From an uncultured virus (IMG/VR IMGVR_UViG_3300001518_000034) (lineage: Duplodnaviria; Heunggongvirae; Uroviricota; Caudoviricetes): a stretch of DNA of 64,000 nt. How positions within the stretch are numbered: the stretch's first letter is position 1; each line of letters opens with the position of its first letter. The position numbers and the translations under genes were made by a program. The notes under the pieces were generated by a model. It saw only the letters and a program-made list of their open reading frames with translations. It had not been told where the DNA came from and made no database searches. Below are positions 1 to 8,279 of the stretch, one piece after another. The stretch lies in the IMG/VR virus record IMGVR_UViG_3300001518_000034, one strand, 5' to 3'.

Positions 1-867
1 AACACTATCTTCATGCGAGACGCAAAGAATGTAATTATGCCGTATGAGTCTTTTGTTGAGCCTGAGTTCAACTATCTTCGTGGTCTACAATGGCGAGGAG
101 AGGAAAAGATCGACGGTACAAATCTTAGAATTGAGGTTACAAAAAGACCAATTTATAATAAAATTGAAGAGCCTCGTGAATCAAATGATTATTCAGATTT
201 TGGTAATACAATTGTTGGTGTAGCATTTGCTGTTCGTATTGCGGGTAAGACAGATAATGCACAGATTCCACCAAAATTGGATAAGTTCATGAAAGAAAAT
301 TATCCAAATGATAAAGTATTAGCAGCACTTGGTCTTAAGGATTATATTCCTGTAGAAGAGTGGGCAAAACATAAGTGGGTTGCAGAAGATGGAGTAACAC
401 CAAACTATGATTCAATTCCTAACATTTACACTATTTATGGTGAAGGTTATGGAGCAGGAATTCAGAAGGCAGGTGGAAACTATATTAAAAATGGTGTTGG
501 ATTCATTGTGTTTGATGTCAAGGTAAACGATATATATCTTTTGACTAGTGCACGTGATGAGATTACAACTAAGCTTGGTGCACCTATTGTTCCATTCATC
601 GGTAACTTCACTCTTGATGAGGCTATTGATTTTGTTCGTAAGGGATTTAAGTCAACTATTGCAGAGAATAAAGATTACATTGCAGAAGGTCTTGTACTTC
701 GTCCAGCTTATGGTCTTAAGAACCGTATGGGAAAGAGACTTATTGTAAAGGTTAAGTATGAAGACTTCCAGAAGTATCGTCAGGTTTATGGTACTGATGA
801 AAAGGTTGATCAACCGGTAAATGAGAATTATAAGGGTAATAAACTTAATTATGCATTTACTTGGTAA
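1..867 (+). CDS. ATP-dependent RNA ligase, Rnl2-like nucleotidyltransferase (probably 5'-truncated by the window edge)
   Basis: Motif I EEKIDGTN, motif III YGEGYG, IIIa FDVK, IV EGLVLRP, V KVK. The frame is open upstream of the ATG at 13 (NTIFMRD...). Confidence 0.85.
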   Translation, partial: NTIFMRDAKNVIMPYESFVEPEFNYLRGLQWRGEEKIDGTNLRIEVTKRPIYNKIEEPRESNDYSDFGNTIVGVAFAVRIAGKTDNAQIPPKLDKFMKENYPNDKVLAALGLKDYIPVEEWAKHKWVAEDGVTPNYDSIPNIYTIYGEGYGAGIQKAGGNYIKNGVGFIVFDVKVNDIYLLTSARDEITTKLGAPIVPFIGNFTLDEAIDFVRKGFKSTIAENKDYIAEGLVLRPAYGLKNRMGKRLIVKVKYEDFQKYRQVYGTDEKVDQPVNENYKGNKLNYAFTW

Positions 868-892
868 TATTTTCACATAATATAGAACTTTT

Positions 893-928
893 AAATCCAC
901 TTACTTTCACGTGAAAGTAAGTGGATTT
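893..928 (+). terminator. Intrinsic terminator after the RNA ligase gene (perfect 36-bp palindrome plus T-tract)
   Basis: aaatccacttactttcac|gtgaaagtaagtggattt followed by ttt. Confidence 0.8.
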
Positions 929-941
929 TTTCATATATTAT

Positions 942-969
942 TTGAATTTTTTAAAAATATTTCTATATT
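942..969 (+). promoter_or_regulatory. Phage promoter TTGAA-N16-CTATATT upstream of ncRNA copy 1
   Basis: ttgaa at 942-946, ctatatt at 963-969; the same motif and spacing recur at 8 other intergenic sites. Confidence 0.75.
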
Positions 970-977
970 ATATATAT

Positions 978-1080
978 AAATAAAGTCAGCCAGGGAGACT
1001 ATAAAATTATACACTGATGAGACCTGGACGAAAACATTTCTTCCAAATCCATTTGCTTGTGAAAGTAAGTGGATTTTTTT
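978..1080 (+). ncRNA. Structured small RNA copy 1 with hammerhead-ribozyme core, pseudoknot and terminator hairpin
   Basis: AGTC(984-987)/GACT(997-1000) hairpin. Loop CCAGG (990-994) is complementary to CCTGG (1023-1027). CTGATGA-G-ACCTGGA-C-GAAA at 1014-1033. Terminator aaatccatttgctt-gtga-aagtaagtggattt plus T-tract. No ORF. Confidence 0.7.
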
Positions 1081-1090
1081 ATATATTTTT

Positions 1091-1126
1091 TTGAATTTTT
1101 TAAAAATATTTCTATATTATATATGT
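1091..1126 (+). promoter_or_regulatory. Phage promoter TTGAA-N16-CTATATT-N4-ATGT upstream of ncRNA copy 2
   Basis: ttgaa at 1091-1095, ctatatt at 1112-1118, atgt at 1123-1126. Confidence 0.75.
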
Positions 1127-1151
1127 AAAACAAATAAATAAAAATTACGCA

Positions 1152-1255
1152 AAATAAAGTCAGCCAGGGAGACTATAAAATCATCCACTGATGAGACCTG
1201 GACGAAAACATTTCCTCCAAATCCATTTGCTTGTGAAAGTAGATGGATTTTTTTT
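1152..1255 (+). ncRNA. Structured small RNA copy 2 with hammerhead-ribozyme core, pseudoknot and terminator hairpin
   Basis: Near-identical to 978-1080 at a 174-bp offset, with 5 substitutions, none in the core. The two terminator-stem changes keep base pairing. Confidence 0.7.
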
Positions 1256-1265
1256 AATATATTAT

Positions 1266-1301
1266 TTGAATTTTTATTAAGATTAACTATTTTATTTATG
1301 T
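1266..1301 (+). promoter_or_regulatory. Phage promoter TTGAA-N16-CTATTTT-N4-ATGT
   Basis: Motif match upstream of the ORF at 1321. Confidence 0.7.
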
Positions 1302-1320
1302 AAGTTAAATTTATATTATA

Positions 1321-1554
1321 ATGATATTTAAAAATTCAAAAGAAGCACTTAATTGGATGATACAAAATCCTCTTAAGAAATTATATGTTGATGAATATGG
1401 AAACTATGTATTGTGGGGTCCTTATTCAAATGCTATAGAATATTGGCATTATATAGGTGGTGAAGATGAAGGTTATGATCCTTGGGATATGGATCATATG
1501 TCTATAGATGAATTTATTGAGCAATATGATAATGTTAAATTAAGTACAGAATAG
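1321..1554 (+). CDS. Hypothetical protein
   Basis: 77-aa ORF after the promoter; ends TAG TAA. Confidence 0.7.
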   Translation: MIFKNSKEALNWMIQNPLKKLYVDEYGNYVLWGPYSNAIEYWHYIGGEDEGYDPWDMDHMSIDEFIEQYDNVKLSTE

Positions 1555-1559
1555 TAATT

Positions 1560-1871
1560 ATGAAATATTTTGATTATATAGGTAATGAAATTAAAGTTGG
1601 TGATGAAGTATTGGTTTTAGTACCAAAATCAGATGCATCTTATCGAAGAGCGGTTATAGTTGGATTTAGAAATGCTTGGGAAAGAGATAATTATTTTCAT
1701 TGCGAAGTATTAGTTGAATATTGGTGTGAAAGATTATATTGTACTGTACCTCATTGGAAACTTAAAAGTGGAGAACCTGTAGATTTTACTAAGAAAATAA
1801 CAAAAGCTTGGAGAAGTAATTCAGATATAATATTGTATAAAGAAAATATAATGAATAAATATGACAGATAA
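1560..1871 (+). CDS. Hypothetical protein (SH3/KOW-like N-terminus)
   Basis: DYIGNEIKVGDEV start is typical of small phage beta-barrel proteins; tight operon packing. Confidence 0.65.
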   Translation: MKYFDYIGNEIKVGDEVLVLVPKSDASYRRAVIVGFRNAWERDNYFHCEVLVEYWCERLYCTVPHWKLKSGEPVDFTKKITKAWRSNSDIILYKENIMNKYDR

Positions 1872-2490
1872 TATAAATATAATGAGACAATATATGCTTG
1901 ATTTAGGTATACCGGTTAAGCAAATATATAGAAAAGATTTGTATTTCGATGTATCATTAGTACGTAGAGGTAAAGATCATCCAGATCTTCCTGCAGCAAA
2001 TTATACATTTAAGATTTATTACATCGATTCAATTGAGCTATTTGATAGACATATAGAAGAGATTAAAACTTGTTGTGAACTTTTTGGATTGCGTGCATAT
2101 ATTAGTGTAAATGCTAAGTCAAAGATTGAATTATCTAAGAAAACACTTGTAAAATATGCTGAGATGGTTGCAACAGAAGAGTTTAAGAAGCCATGGAGAC
2201 TTTGTGATTCTGTAAATGGTGGTCTTGATGGTAAAGAGAAGAGATGGATTCTTGATGTAGACGATATGGATGCAAATGATGAAAGATTTAAAAAATATTG
2301 TGAAATTATAGAATCTTGTGAAAGTGGATATGATAAACGAATTGTTGTAAGTATTCCTACAAGATCTGGTATTCATATTATTACTCATCCATTTAATTCT
2401 GAGAAGTTTGAAAAAAAGTGTATTGAAAATGGTTTAGATGTTCCGGAAATAAAAAAGAATCATATTACTTTATTATATGAAAATTTATAA
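1861..2490 (+). CDS. Putative archaeo-eukaryotic primase (AEP/PrimPol)-like protein
   Basis: hhhDhD motif (WILDVDD) and TxSGxH motif (TRSGIHII). Confidence 0.5.
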   Translation: MTDNINIMRQYMLDLGIPVKQIYRKDLYFDVSLVRRGKDHPDLPAANYTFKIYYIDSIELFDRHIEEIKTCCELFGLRAYISVNAKSKIELSKKTLVKYAEMVATEEFKKPWRLCDSVNGGLDGKEKRWILDVDDMDANDERFKKYCEIIESCESGYDKRIVVSIPTRSGIHIITHPFNSEKFEKKCIENGLDVPEIKKNHITLLYENL

Positions 2491-2552
2491 TTAATAAAAA
2501 ATTGTTTTTATTATTATAAAATTCTATATTAAATTAATATATTTTAACTTTT

Positions 2553-2756
2553 ATGGATTATCTTAACAAATACCAAACTAATGATATTTGTAATTTCTGT
2601 GCAAAATTTAACAAAGGTTGTGATGGTAAAATGTGGAAACTAAACAAAGCTTCACAAAATAATTATTGTCCAGATTTTCAAGATAGAATATATGTAAATG
2701 AGCCTATTCAATATCATTTAAAGAAATTCTCAGAATATACTAGTAAGAACAATTAA
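2553..2756 (+). CDS. Hypothetical Cys-containing protein
   Basis: 67-aa ORF with CxxC...C...C. Confidence 0.55.
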   Translation: MDYLNKYQTNDICNFCAKFNKGCDGKMWKLNKASQNNYCPDFQDRIYVNEPIQYHLKKFSEYTSKNN

Positions 2757-2863
2757 TAGAATTATCATGGGAATGCATACGAGATATGTAGAATGACCTT
2801 TTGATAAGAAAATAATAAAATATATGTTTAAACAAAAATATATTCTCCTGTGATGATTTTTTA

Positions 2864-3229
2864 ATGAGTAAAAGTACTTTAAATATTTTTAATTTATCTA
2901 TTTATCAACAATTGACTCATGATTATTCATTAGCTTTAAATAATCTTATAAAGTATAATAATATTTATGAAAAAATGACTAATTATTATACAAAAGATGA
3001 AATAAAATATATTGTTGAAGTATGTATGAATCAAATGATTGATATAATTAATAGTAAGACATTTGATTTATTTGTGCCTAAGAAGGTAAAGAAAGAAATA
3101 GTAAAATATATTCCTGGTATTAAGGCAAACTTTTCTCAAGGATATTATAATAGAGTGATTAATATATTTGAAATGATTAAAGATATATTTATTGTAAAAG
3201 TTGAATATAATAATGAGATAAAAATATGA
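2864..3229 (+). CDS. Hypothetical protein
   Basis: 121-aa ORF in a + strand operon. Confidence 0.6.
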   Translation: MSKSTLNIFNLSIYQQLTHDYSLALNNLIKYNNIYEKMTNYYTKDEIKYIVEVCMNQMIDIINSKTFDLFVPKKVKKEIVKYIPGIKANFSQGYYNRVINIFEMIKDIFIVKVEYNNEIKI

Positions 3230-3241
3230 TTTAGAGATTAA

Positions 3242-3811
3242 ATGGTTTATTCTAAAAGTTATAATAATACTTTAGTTATTAATTTAATTGGTGGACCTTG
3301 TAGTGGTAAATCAACAGTCGCGGCAGAATTATTTGCCCGTCTTAAGAAAATGGGTGTACATTGTGAGTTAGTTTCCGAATATATTAAAGAACGTATATAT
3401 GAAGATAACAAAACAATAACAACAAACCAAATACCTATTTTTGGAATGGAACATTATTCATTAACAAACAAAATAGGTAAAGTTGATTGTATTATACATG
3501 ATGGATCGCTTATTAATAATACAAGTAGTTTATATAATCCAGAATATAATCCAGAATTTGATACTTTAATTATTTCTGAATACAAAAAGTTTAATAATTT
3601 GGATTTCTTCATCAAACGAGGGAATATTGAATTTGAAGATTATGGAAGAATACATAATTTTAAACAATCCAAAGAATTAGATAAACGTATTAAAGATACA
3701 TATGATTTATATAAATTAGAATATATCGAAGTTGAATCTAAAGATGCAGTAGACAAGATGATTCCAATTATATTAAAGAAATTAGAAAGTATTAAATCTG
3801 GAGAACAATAA
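3242..3811 (+). CDS. NadR/AAA_28-like P-loop nucleoside/nucleotide kinase
   Basis: Walker A GGPCSGKST after VINLI; ELVSEYIKE, IIHDGSL and GRIHN motifs. Confidence 0.75.
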   Translation: MVYSKSYNNTLVINLIGGPCSGKSTVAAELFARLKKMGVHCELVSEYIKERIYEDNKTITTNQIPIFGMEHYSLTNKIGKVDCIIHDGSLINNTSSLYNPEYNPEFDTLIISEYKKFNNLDFFIKRGNIEFEDYGRIHNFKQSKELDKRIKDTYDLYKLEYIEVESKDAVDKMIPIILKKLESIKSGEQ

Positions 3812-3828
3812 AAAGTTCTCCATTTTTA

Positions 3829-3864
3829 TTGAATTTATTTTTCAATTAACTATATTATTTATGT
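3829..3864 (+). promoter_or_regulatory. Phage promoter TTGAA-N16-CTATATT-N4-ATGT directly after the terminator hairpin tggagaac...gttctcca
   Basis: Exact motif match. Confidence 0.7.
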
Positions 3865-3883
3865 ATTTTTAAGATAGATAATT

Positions 3884-4084
3884 ATGATTTGTAAGAATTT
3901 AAAGACAGGCAAATATTTCAACTATAAATTCATTAATAATGGTGAATTGGTTGTAATTGATGATGGACAAGGTGTTGAACAGAAGATATCTTACAATGAT
4001 TGGTATAAAGATTATCTTACGATTAATAAATGGAAAAATCTCGATGAATGGGATAAAAAATATAATAATGAATTAGAAAAATGA
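3884..4084 (+). CDS. Hypothetical protein
   Basis: 66-aa ORF downstream of the promoter. Confidence 0.6.
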   Translation: MICKNLKTGKYFNYKFINNGELVVIDDGQGVEQKISYNDWYKDYLTINKWKNLDEWDKKYNNELEK

Positions 4085-4227
4085 AAAATTTAGCAGTACG
4101 TAATATGTATAATGGTAATATAATGTTAGTTCCTGATAATCAAGATCCAAATGCTTGGTTTAAATGGATAATAATAATGCTAATAGTTTTTCTTATAATA
4201 AAAATATTAATTTTAAAAATATAAAAA

Positions 4228-4701
4228 ATGATTGCAGATATTAGATTTAAAAAGTTTAACTCAGAAATTTTGAGTGATGTAACAGCATATATTAAAAATT
4301 ATCTTGATGAAAGACAAAATGAGGATATCGAGATAATTATTGGTACCGACTCACAAAATAAGGGTCATAAAACAGCTTATTCAACAGTAATAGCTCTTTA
4401 TACTCCAGGTCATGGTGCTCACTGTATATATAGGAAGTGGCATGAGAAAAAGGAAACTGTTCGTAATGTACGTTTACTTCATGAGGTAGAAATGAGTTTG
4501 GAGATTGCCGAAAACCTTAAAAATGCAGGTATTGAAAAAATTAACTATATTGATATTGATATTAACCCAAATCCAAAATTCAAGTCAAATGAAGTTTATC
4601 AAGCTGCTAAAGGTTGGGTAGAAAGCATGGGTTATGAAGTACGTTATAAGACTCTTTGTCCTCTTGTAACTAGTGCAGCTGACTGGATTGTTAAGTCTTA
4701 A
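4228..4701 (+). CDS. Ribonuclease H-like YkuK (DUF458) family protein
   Basis: IIIGTDSQ, RLLHEVEMSLEIA, IDIDIN and C-terminal AAD motifs. Confidence 0.8.
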   Translation: MIADIRFKKFNSEILSDVTAYIKNYLDERQNEDIEIIIGTDSQNKGHKTAYSTVIALYTPGHGAHCIYRKWHEKKETVRNVRLLHEVEMSLEIAENLKNAGIEKINYIDIDINPNPKFKSNEVYQAAKGWVESMGYEVRYKTLCPLVTSAADWIVKS

Positions 4702-4726
4702 TAAAATAAATACATAAATAATAGAT

Positions 4727-4753
4727 AAGAGAGGTCTTTGATCTCTCTTTTTT
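4727..4753 (+). terminator. Intrinsic terminator
   Basis: aagagaggtc-ttt-gatctctctt plus T-tract. Confidence 0.75.
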
Positions 4754-4766
4754 GTTTAATAATATA

Positions 4767-4802
4767 TTGAATTTTTTTAATTTATGTCTATCTTAATTAT
4801 GT
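4767..4802 (+). promoter_or_regulatory. Phage promoter TTGAA-N16-CTATCTT-N4-ATGT
   Basis: Motif match upstream of the 4820/ligase operon. Confidence 0.7.
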
Positions 4803-4819
4803 AATTAATATAAATAAAT

Positions 4820-5227
4820 ATGATCACTGTTAAAGAATTTAGGAATTTAATTAATTTAGGTCCTCAAGATTTCAAACGAGTATTTATGAAATGGGAGCAT
4901 GGTGACGAAGAAGATTTCATGAAGCGTAATCATTATCCAGCACCTAATTTAGTTAGTGTTAAGATTCAAGATATCTCTTCACGTTACAATGATATGGGAG
5001 GCAAGATTTACAAATTTGTCTTTGAAGATGATTTTGAGAATGATTTTGAAATGCTTCCAAAGGATATGATTAAATTTTTCTGTGAAGGAAAAGATGATTA
5101 TGATTTGCTAGACTTTGTATTATATGTAGAAAAGAATGGTAAATACGATCATATTCCTCTTCGATTTTCAGAAGGTGATACTGGTTATAGTGACAAAATC
5201 AAACATATCGATATTGAAGAAATTTAA
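4820..5227 (+). CDS. Hypothetical protein
   Basis: 135-aa ORF abutting the ligase gene. Confidence 0.7.
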   Translation: MITVKEFRNLINLGPQDFKRVFMKWEHGDEEDFMKRNHYPAPNLVSVKIQDISSRYNDMGGKIYKFVFEDDFENDFEMLPKDMIKFFCEGKDDYDLLDFVLYVEKNGKYDHIPLRFSEGDTGYSDKIKHIDIEEI

Positions 5228-5229
5228 AT

Positions 5230-7140
5230 ATGACAAAGAAAGAAAAATTAGAACTTTATTATAAGGCTAAAGAAGCTTATTATAATGGTCAGGAGATTAT
5301 GACTGACTTTGAGTTTGATACTCTTGAGAAAGAACTTGGTCTTGAGAACAAATCAGAAGTTGGTACTAAACATAATCCTTCTTATACAATTAAACATCCT
5401 TTTGTAATGGGTTCTATTTCTAAAGTCCAAATTCATAAGGATAAGGAAGGAAATATTGATTGGAATAAGTATTTTAATGAAGCAAAGAAATATTTTGGTA
5501 ATGCTGAACTAATTATTACACCAAAATATGATGGATGTTCATTTGAAGTAGATATTTATGATGACTCTATTGAATCTATTTCTTCACGTGGTGATGGTTC
5601 GTGGGGAAAAGATTTGTTAAAACATCTTATCAATTTTATACCACAAAACCTTTTAGGAATATCATCTCATTATATACTTCGTGGTGAAGTACTTATTAAG
5701 AAGGATATTTTTGAAAAGAAATATTCAGAACAATTTACAAATCCGCGTTCATTTGTGTCTGGTGTTCTTAATCGTGATTATGATAAAAATGATCCTGAAT
5801 TTTTATCAATGCTAAATGATTTGTCAATTGTTATTTATGATTTTAGAGTATTTAATGATGGTGAATGGGAAGATAGAGATTGGATTGAATTGGATTTTGA
5901 TGAAGATTGTAATCATTTAGGTATTAAGGAACTTCCACAATTTGCAATTAATGATGAATATATTAAAACTGCAGATGATTTTAAGAATATTTATAATCAA
6001 TTTGCAGAATATAGACATACATGCGAATATGCTCTTGATGGTATTGTTATTAAGCCAATTATGGAAGATCGTATTAATAACACCACTGAACGTCGTCCTA
6101 AGGATTGCGTAGCTATTAAGTTTATTCCAATGCTTGAGGAAACTGAAGTATTAAATATTACATGGAATCTTGGTAAGACTGGCGAATTTACTCCTATTAT
6201 TTGGGTTAAGCCTGTAGAGATGGATGGACGAATGGTTCAGAAGTGTTCAGGGCATAATCTTGGTTATCTTAGAGAAAAGGGAATTACAATTGGTGCAAAG
6301 ATTATTATGAGTTTGGCTGGTGATATTATTCCATTTATGTATAAAGTTACAGAAGCAAATGAAAATGGAAATATACCAATGCCTGAAAATTATGATTATT
6401 ACGAAGATGATATTCATTTGATGGCTATTCTTACAGAAAAAGATATGCTTCGTAATATGTTTATTAATTCATCAGTATCATTAAATATCCCCAATATTGG
6501 TAATGAAACTACAAAAAAGATTTTTGAATATCTTGATAAAACAAATTCAGATGAGATAACAGCAGATTTTTTTGGTGAAACAACTAAAACTCTTCCAGGA
6601 AATATTTTACTTTGTTCACCTGAAGAAATTTATTTTGGTGCTGGTGCTGGTAAATCTGGTGATAAAGCGAAGAAGTCATTTGAAGAAATTGTTAAGAATA
6701 TTTCATTAGTAGATATTATTAAATCATGTAATTTTAGATTTTGTGGTCCAAAAGTTGCAGAACAATGTGCAAACTATATGCTTAATGGTGATGCGGATTT
6801 CGAACATCTTGCATCTCAAGGTTATGAATGGGTAACAAAGGATTATTCAGATGAAAAAAATGATATTTATAATATTCTTTCATTTCTTGGTAAATCTGTA
6901 GATGATTTTAAAATCCAACATATTGAAGCTAAAAAAATTGCTTCTGATCAAATTCCTATTATTATGACAGGAGAACCAAATGATTATAAGTCAAAGGGAG
7001 AATTTTTGAAATGTCATCCAGAATATCGTAACACTGGTTCATGGAAAGAAGTACAAATTGTATTTACAAATTCATTAGAATCAAATACTGGAAAAATGAA
7101 GAAAGCAAGAGAAAAGGGAATTGAAATTAGACTATATTAA
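5230..7140 (+). CDS. ligA: NAD+-dependent DNA ligase
   Basis: Domain Ia AYYNG..MTDFEFD, motif I KYDG, SRGDG, RGEV, NPR, DGIVIK, AIKF, OB fold (GKTG..TP, AGDIIP) and a C-terminal BRCT-like region (MTG...TGKMKKAREKGIEI). Confidence 0.93.
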   Translation: MTKKEKLELYYKAKEAYYNGQEIMTDFEFDTLEKELGLENKSEVGTKHNPSYTIKHPFVMGSISKVQIHKDKEGNIDWNKYFNEAKKYFGNAELIITPKYDGCSFEVDIYDDSIESISSRGDGSWGKDLLKHLINFIPQNLLGISSHYILRGEVLIKKDIFEKKYSEQFTNPRSFVSGVLNRDYDKNDPEFLSMLNDLSIVIYDFRVFNDGEWEDRDWIELDFDEDCNHLGIKELPQFAINDEYIKTADDFKNIYNQFAEYRHTCEYALDGIVIKPIMEDRINNTTERRPKDCVAIKFIPMLEETEVLNITWNLGKTGEFTPIIWVKPVEMDGRMVQKCSGHNLGYLREKGITIGAKIIMSLAGDIIPFMYKVTEANENGNIPMPENYDYYEDDIHLMAILTEKDMLRNMFINSSVSLNIPNIGNETTKKIFEYLDKTNSDEITADFFGETTKTLPGNILLCSPEEIYFGAGAGKSGDKAKKSFEEIVKNISLVDIIKSCNFRFCGPKVAEQCANYMLNGDADFEHLASQGYEWVTKDYSDEKNDIYNILSFLGKSVDDFKIQHIEAKKIASDQIPIIMTGEPNDYKSKGEFLKCHPEYRNTGSWKEVQIVFTNSLESNTGKMKKAREKGIEIRLY

Positions 7141-7143
7141 ATT

Positions 7144-7332
7144 ATGAAAATTAGAGAAATATTTGAATACGAAGTTGTAGATGAAGAGACTGGTGAAGAT
7201 ATTAAAAGTCTTGAAGATGTCTTTAAAATAAAAGATTATGTTGATTGTGTAGATGATATGTGTTGTCCATTTTGGGATGGTTATATAAAACCAAATATTA
7301 TTAATCACAAAATAGAAACAATAGAAAATTAA
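7144..7332 (+). CDS. Hypothetical protein
   Basis: 62-aa ORF in the operon. Confidence 0.6.
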   Translation: MKIREIFEYEVVDEETGEDIKSLEDVFKIKDYVDCVDDMCCPFWDGYIKPNIINHKIETIEN

Positions 7333-7334
7333 TT

Positions 7335-7499
7335 ATGAGTAATAGTACAAAAAGAATTTTATGGGGAGCATTGTGTTATTATTTGATGTTTTCATCTTAT
7401 ACACTTGCGGGTTATGATATTAAATGGTGGCAGTATTTGATGATGATTATTGCTGGAGCAGGTTTAACAGTTAATGAAATAATTTTTCCAAGAAAGTAA
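7335..7499 (+). CDS. Small membrane protein (2 predicted TM segments; not in the ORF track)
   Basis: MSNSTKRILWGALCYYLMFSSYTLAGYDIKWWQYLMMIIAGAGLTVNEIIFPRK fills the gap between its neighbours. Confidence 0.6.
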   Translation: MSNSTKRILWGALCYYLMFSSYTLAGYDIKWWQYLMMIIAGAGLTVNEIIFPRK

Positions 7500-7502
7500 G
7501 TT

Positions 7503-7733
7503 ATGGTAGGATATCAAATTTGGCAGAGATGCAGTGAATTAGTTGATGAGTTTGATCCAGATGAAACTCGAATAGAAAAATGTTATCCTTATACTGATAT
7601 ATATCTTAATGGGGATGAAGCAAATGAAAAACTTAAAGAACTAAATAGTAAACCATTACCTTATCATGGTAATCCTATTTCTTGTTATTCAAAAACATTA
7701 AAATTTTATATTAAAAAAATAAATATTAAATAA
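7503..7733 (+). CDS. Hypothetical protein
   Basis: 76-aa ORF; TAATG overlap with the next gene. Confidence 0.6.
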   Translation: MVGYQIWQRCSELVDEFDPDETRIEKCYPYTDIYLNGDEANEKLKELNSKPLPYHGNPISCYSKTLKFYIKKINIK

Positions 7734-8032
7734 TGAAAAAATTTTTTATATTAGTTTTTAGTTGTTTGATTTTATTTGGGTGTGGACCAAAAGAACAAAC
7801 AGAAAAAGTAAATGAATTTACAAGAAGTTCTGTGATTAATTCTACAGATAGTAGTAATATACAATATAATATTACATGGGATAATATCAATTATAGTCCA
7901 GTAGATATTCGTATTATCACATTAAAGAAAAATGACGAAATTCATGATTATGTAGTTGCAAATAATTATATTGGTCGTGCCGGTGGATTAGCGATTGATC
8001 ATTGGCCAGGTTGTAAATGTTTTAAAAAATAA
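7733..8032 (+). CDS. Putative lipoprotein
   Basis: MKK plus hydrophobic stretch plus lipobox LFGC. Confidence 0.65.
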   Translation: MKKFFILVFSCLILFGCGPKEQTEKVNEFTRSSVINSTDSSNIQYNITWDNINYSPVDIRIITLKKNDEIHDYVVANNYIGRAGGLAIDHWPGCKCFKK

Positions 8033-8038
8033 AGTATT

Positions 8039-8278
8039 ATGAGTGATGGAGTTTTTACATTATTAACATATTTATTAGGTTGGTTTATTTTTTCAATTGG
8101 GTATTATATTTATAAAGTATATCTTGATAAAGATATTCATGTTAGTAAAAAGATTCATATGTGGAGAGGATTTTGGATAGGTATATTTTCATGGATTGGA
8201 ATAATATTTGTTATATCAACAATTTTTACTGCAATAATATTTACCACAAATGAATGGGTAGAAGATAAATTAAAATAA
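8039..8278 (+). CDS. Hypothetical membrane protein
   Basis: Two hydrophobic segments. Confidence 0.6.
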   Translation: MSDGVFTLLTYLLGWFIFSIGYYIYKVYLDKDIHVSKKIHMWRGFWIGIFSWIGIIFVISTIFTAIIFTTNEWVEDKLK

Positions 8279-8279
8279 T

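Noticed and set aside
1181..1218. Arms of copy 2 (UCAUCC / UUCCUCC) are complementary to the conserved 16S rRNA stretch GGAGGAAGGUGGGGAUGA (recalled from memory)
   Set aside because: The central spacing and sequence give no NUH site or contiguous stem III, and copy 1 fits worse; treated as coincidence unless tested.
1188..1250. Cis hammerhead fold using AUCCA/UGGAU as stem I
   Set aside because: The triplet before UGGAU is AGA rather than NUH, stem III cannot form, and UGGAU is sequestered in the terminator stem.
893..1301. Repeats as a CRISPR array
   Set aside because: The units are ~150-175 bp promoter/RNA/terminator duplications without unique spacers, and no cas genes are present.
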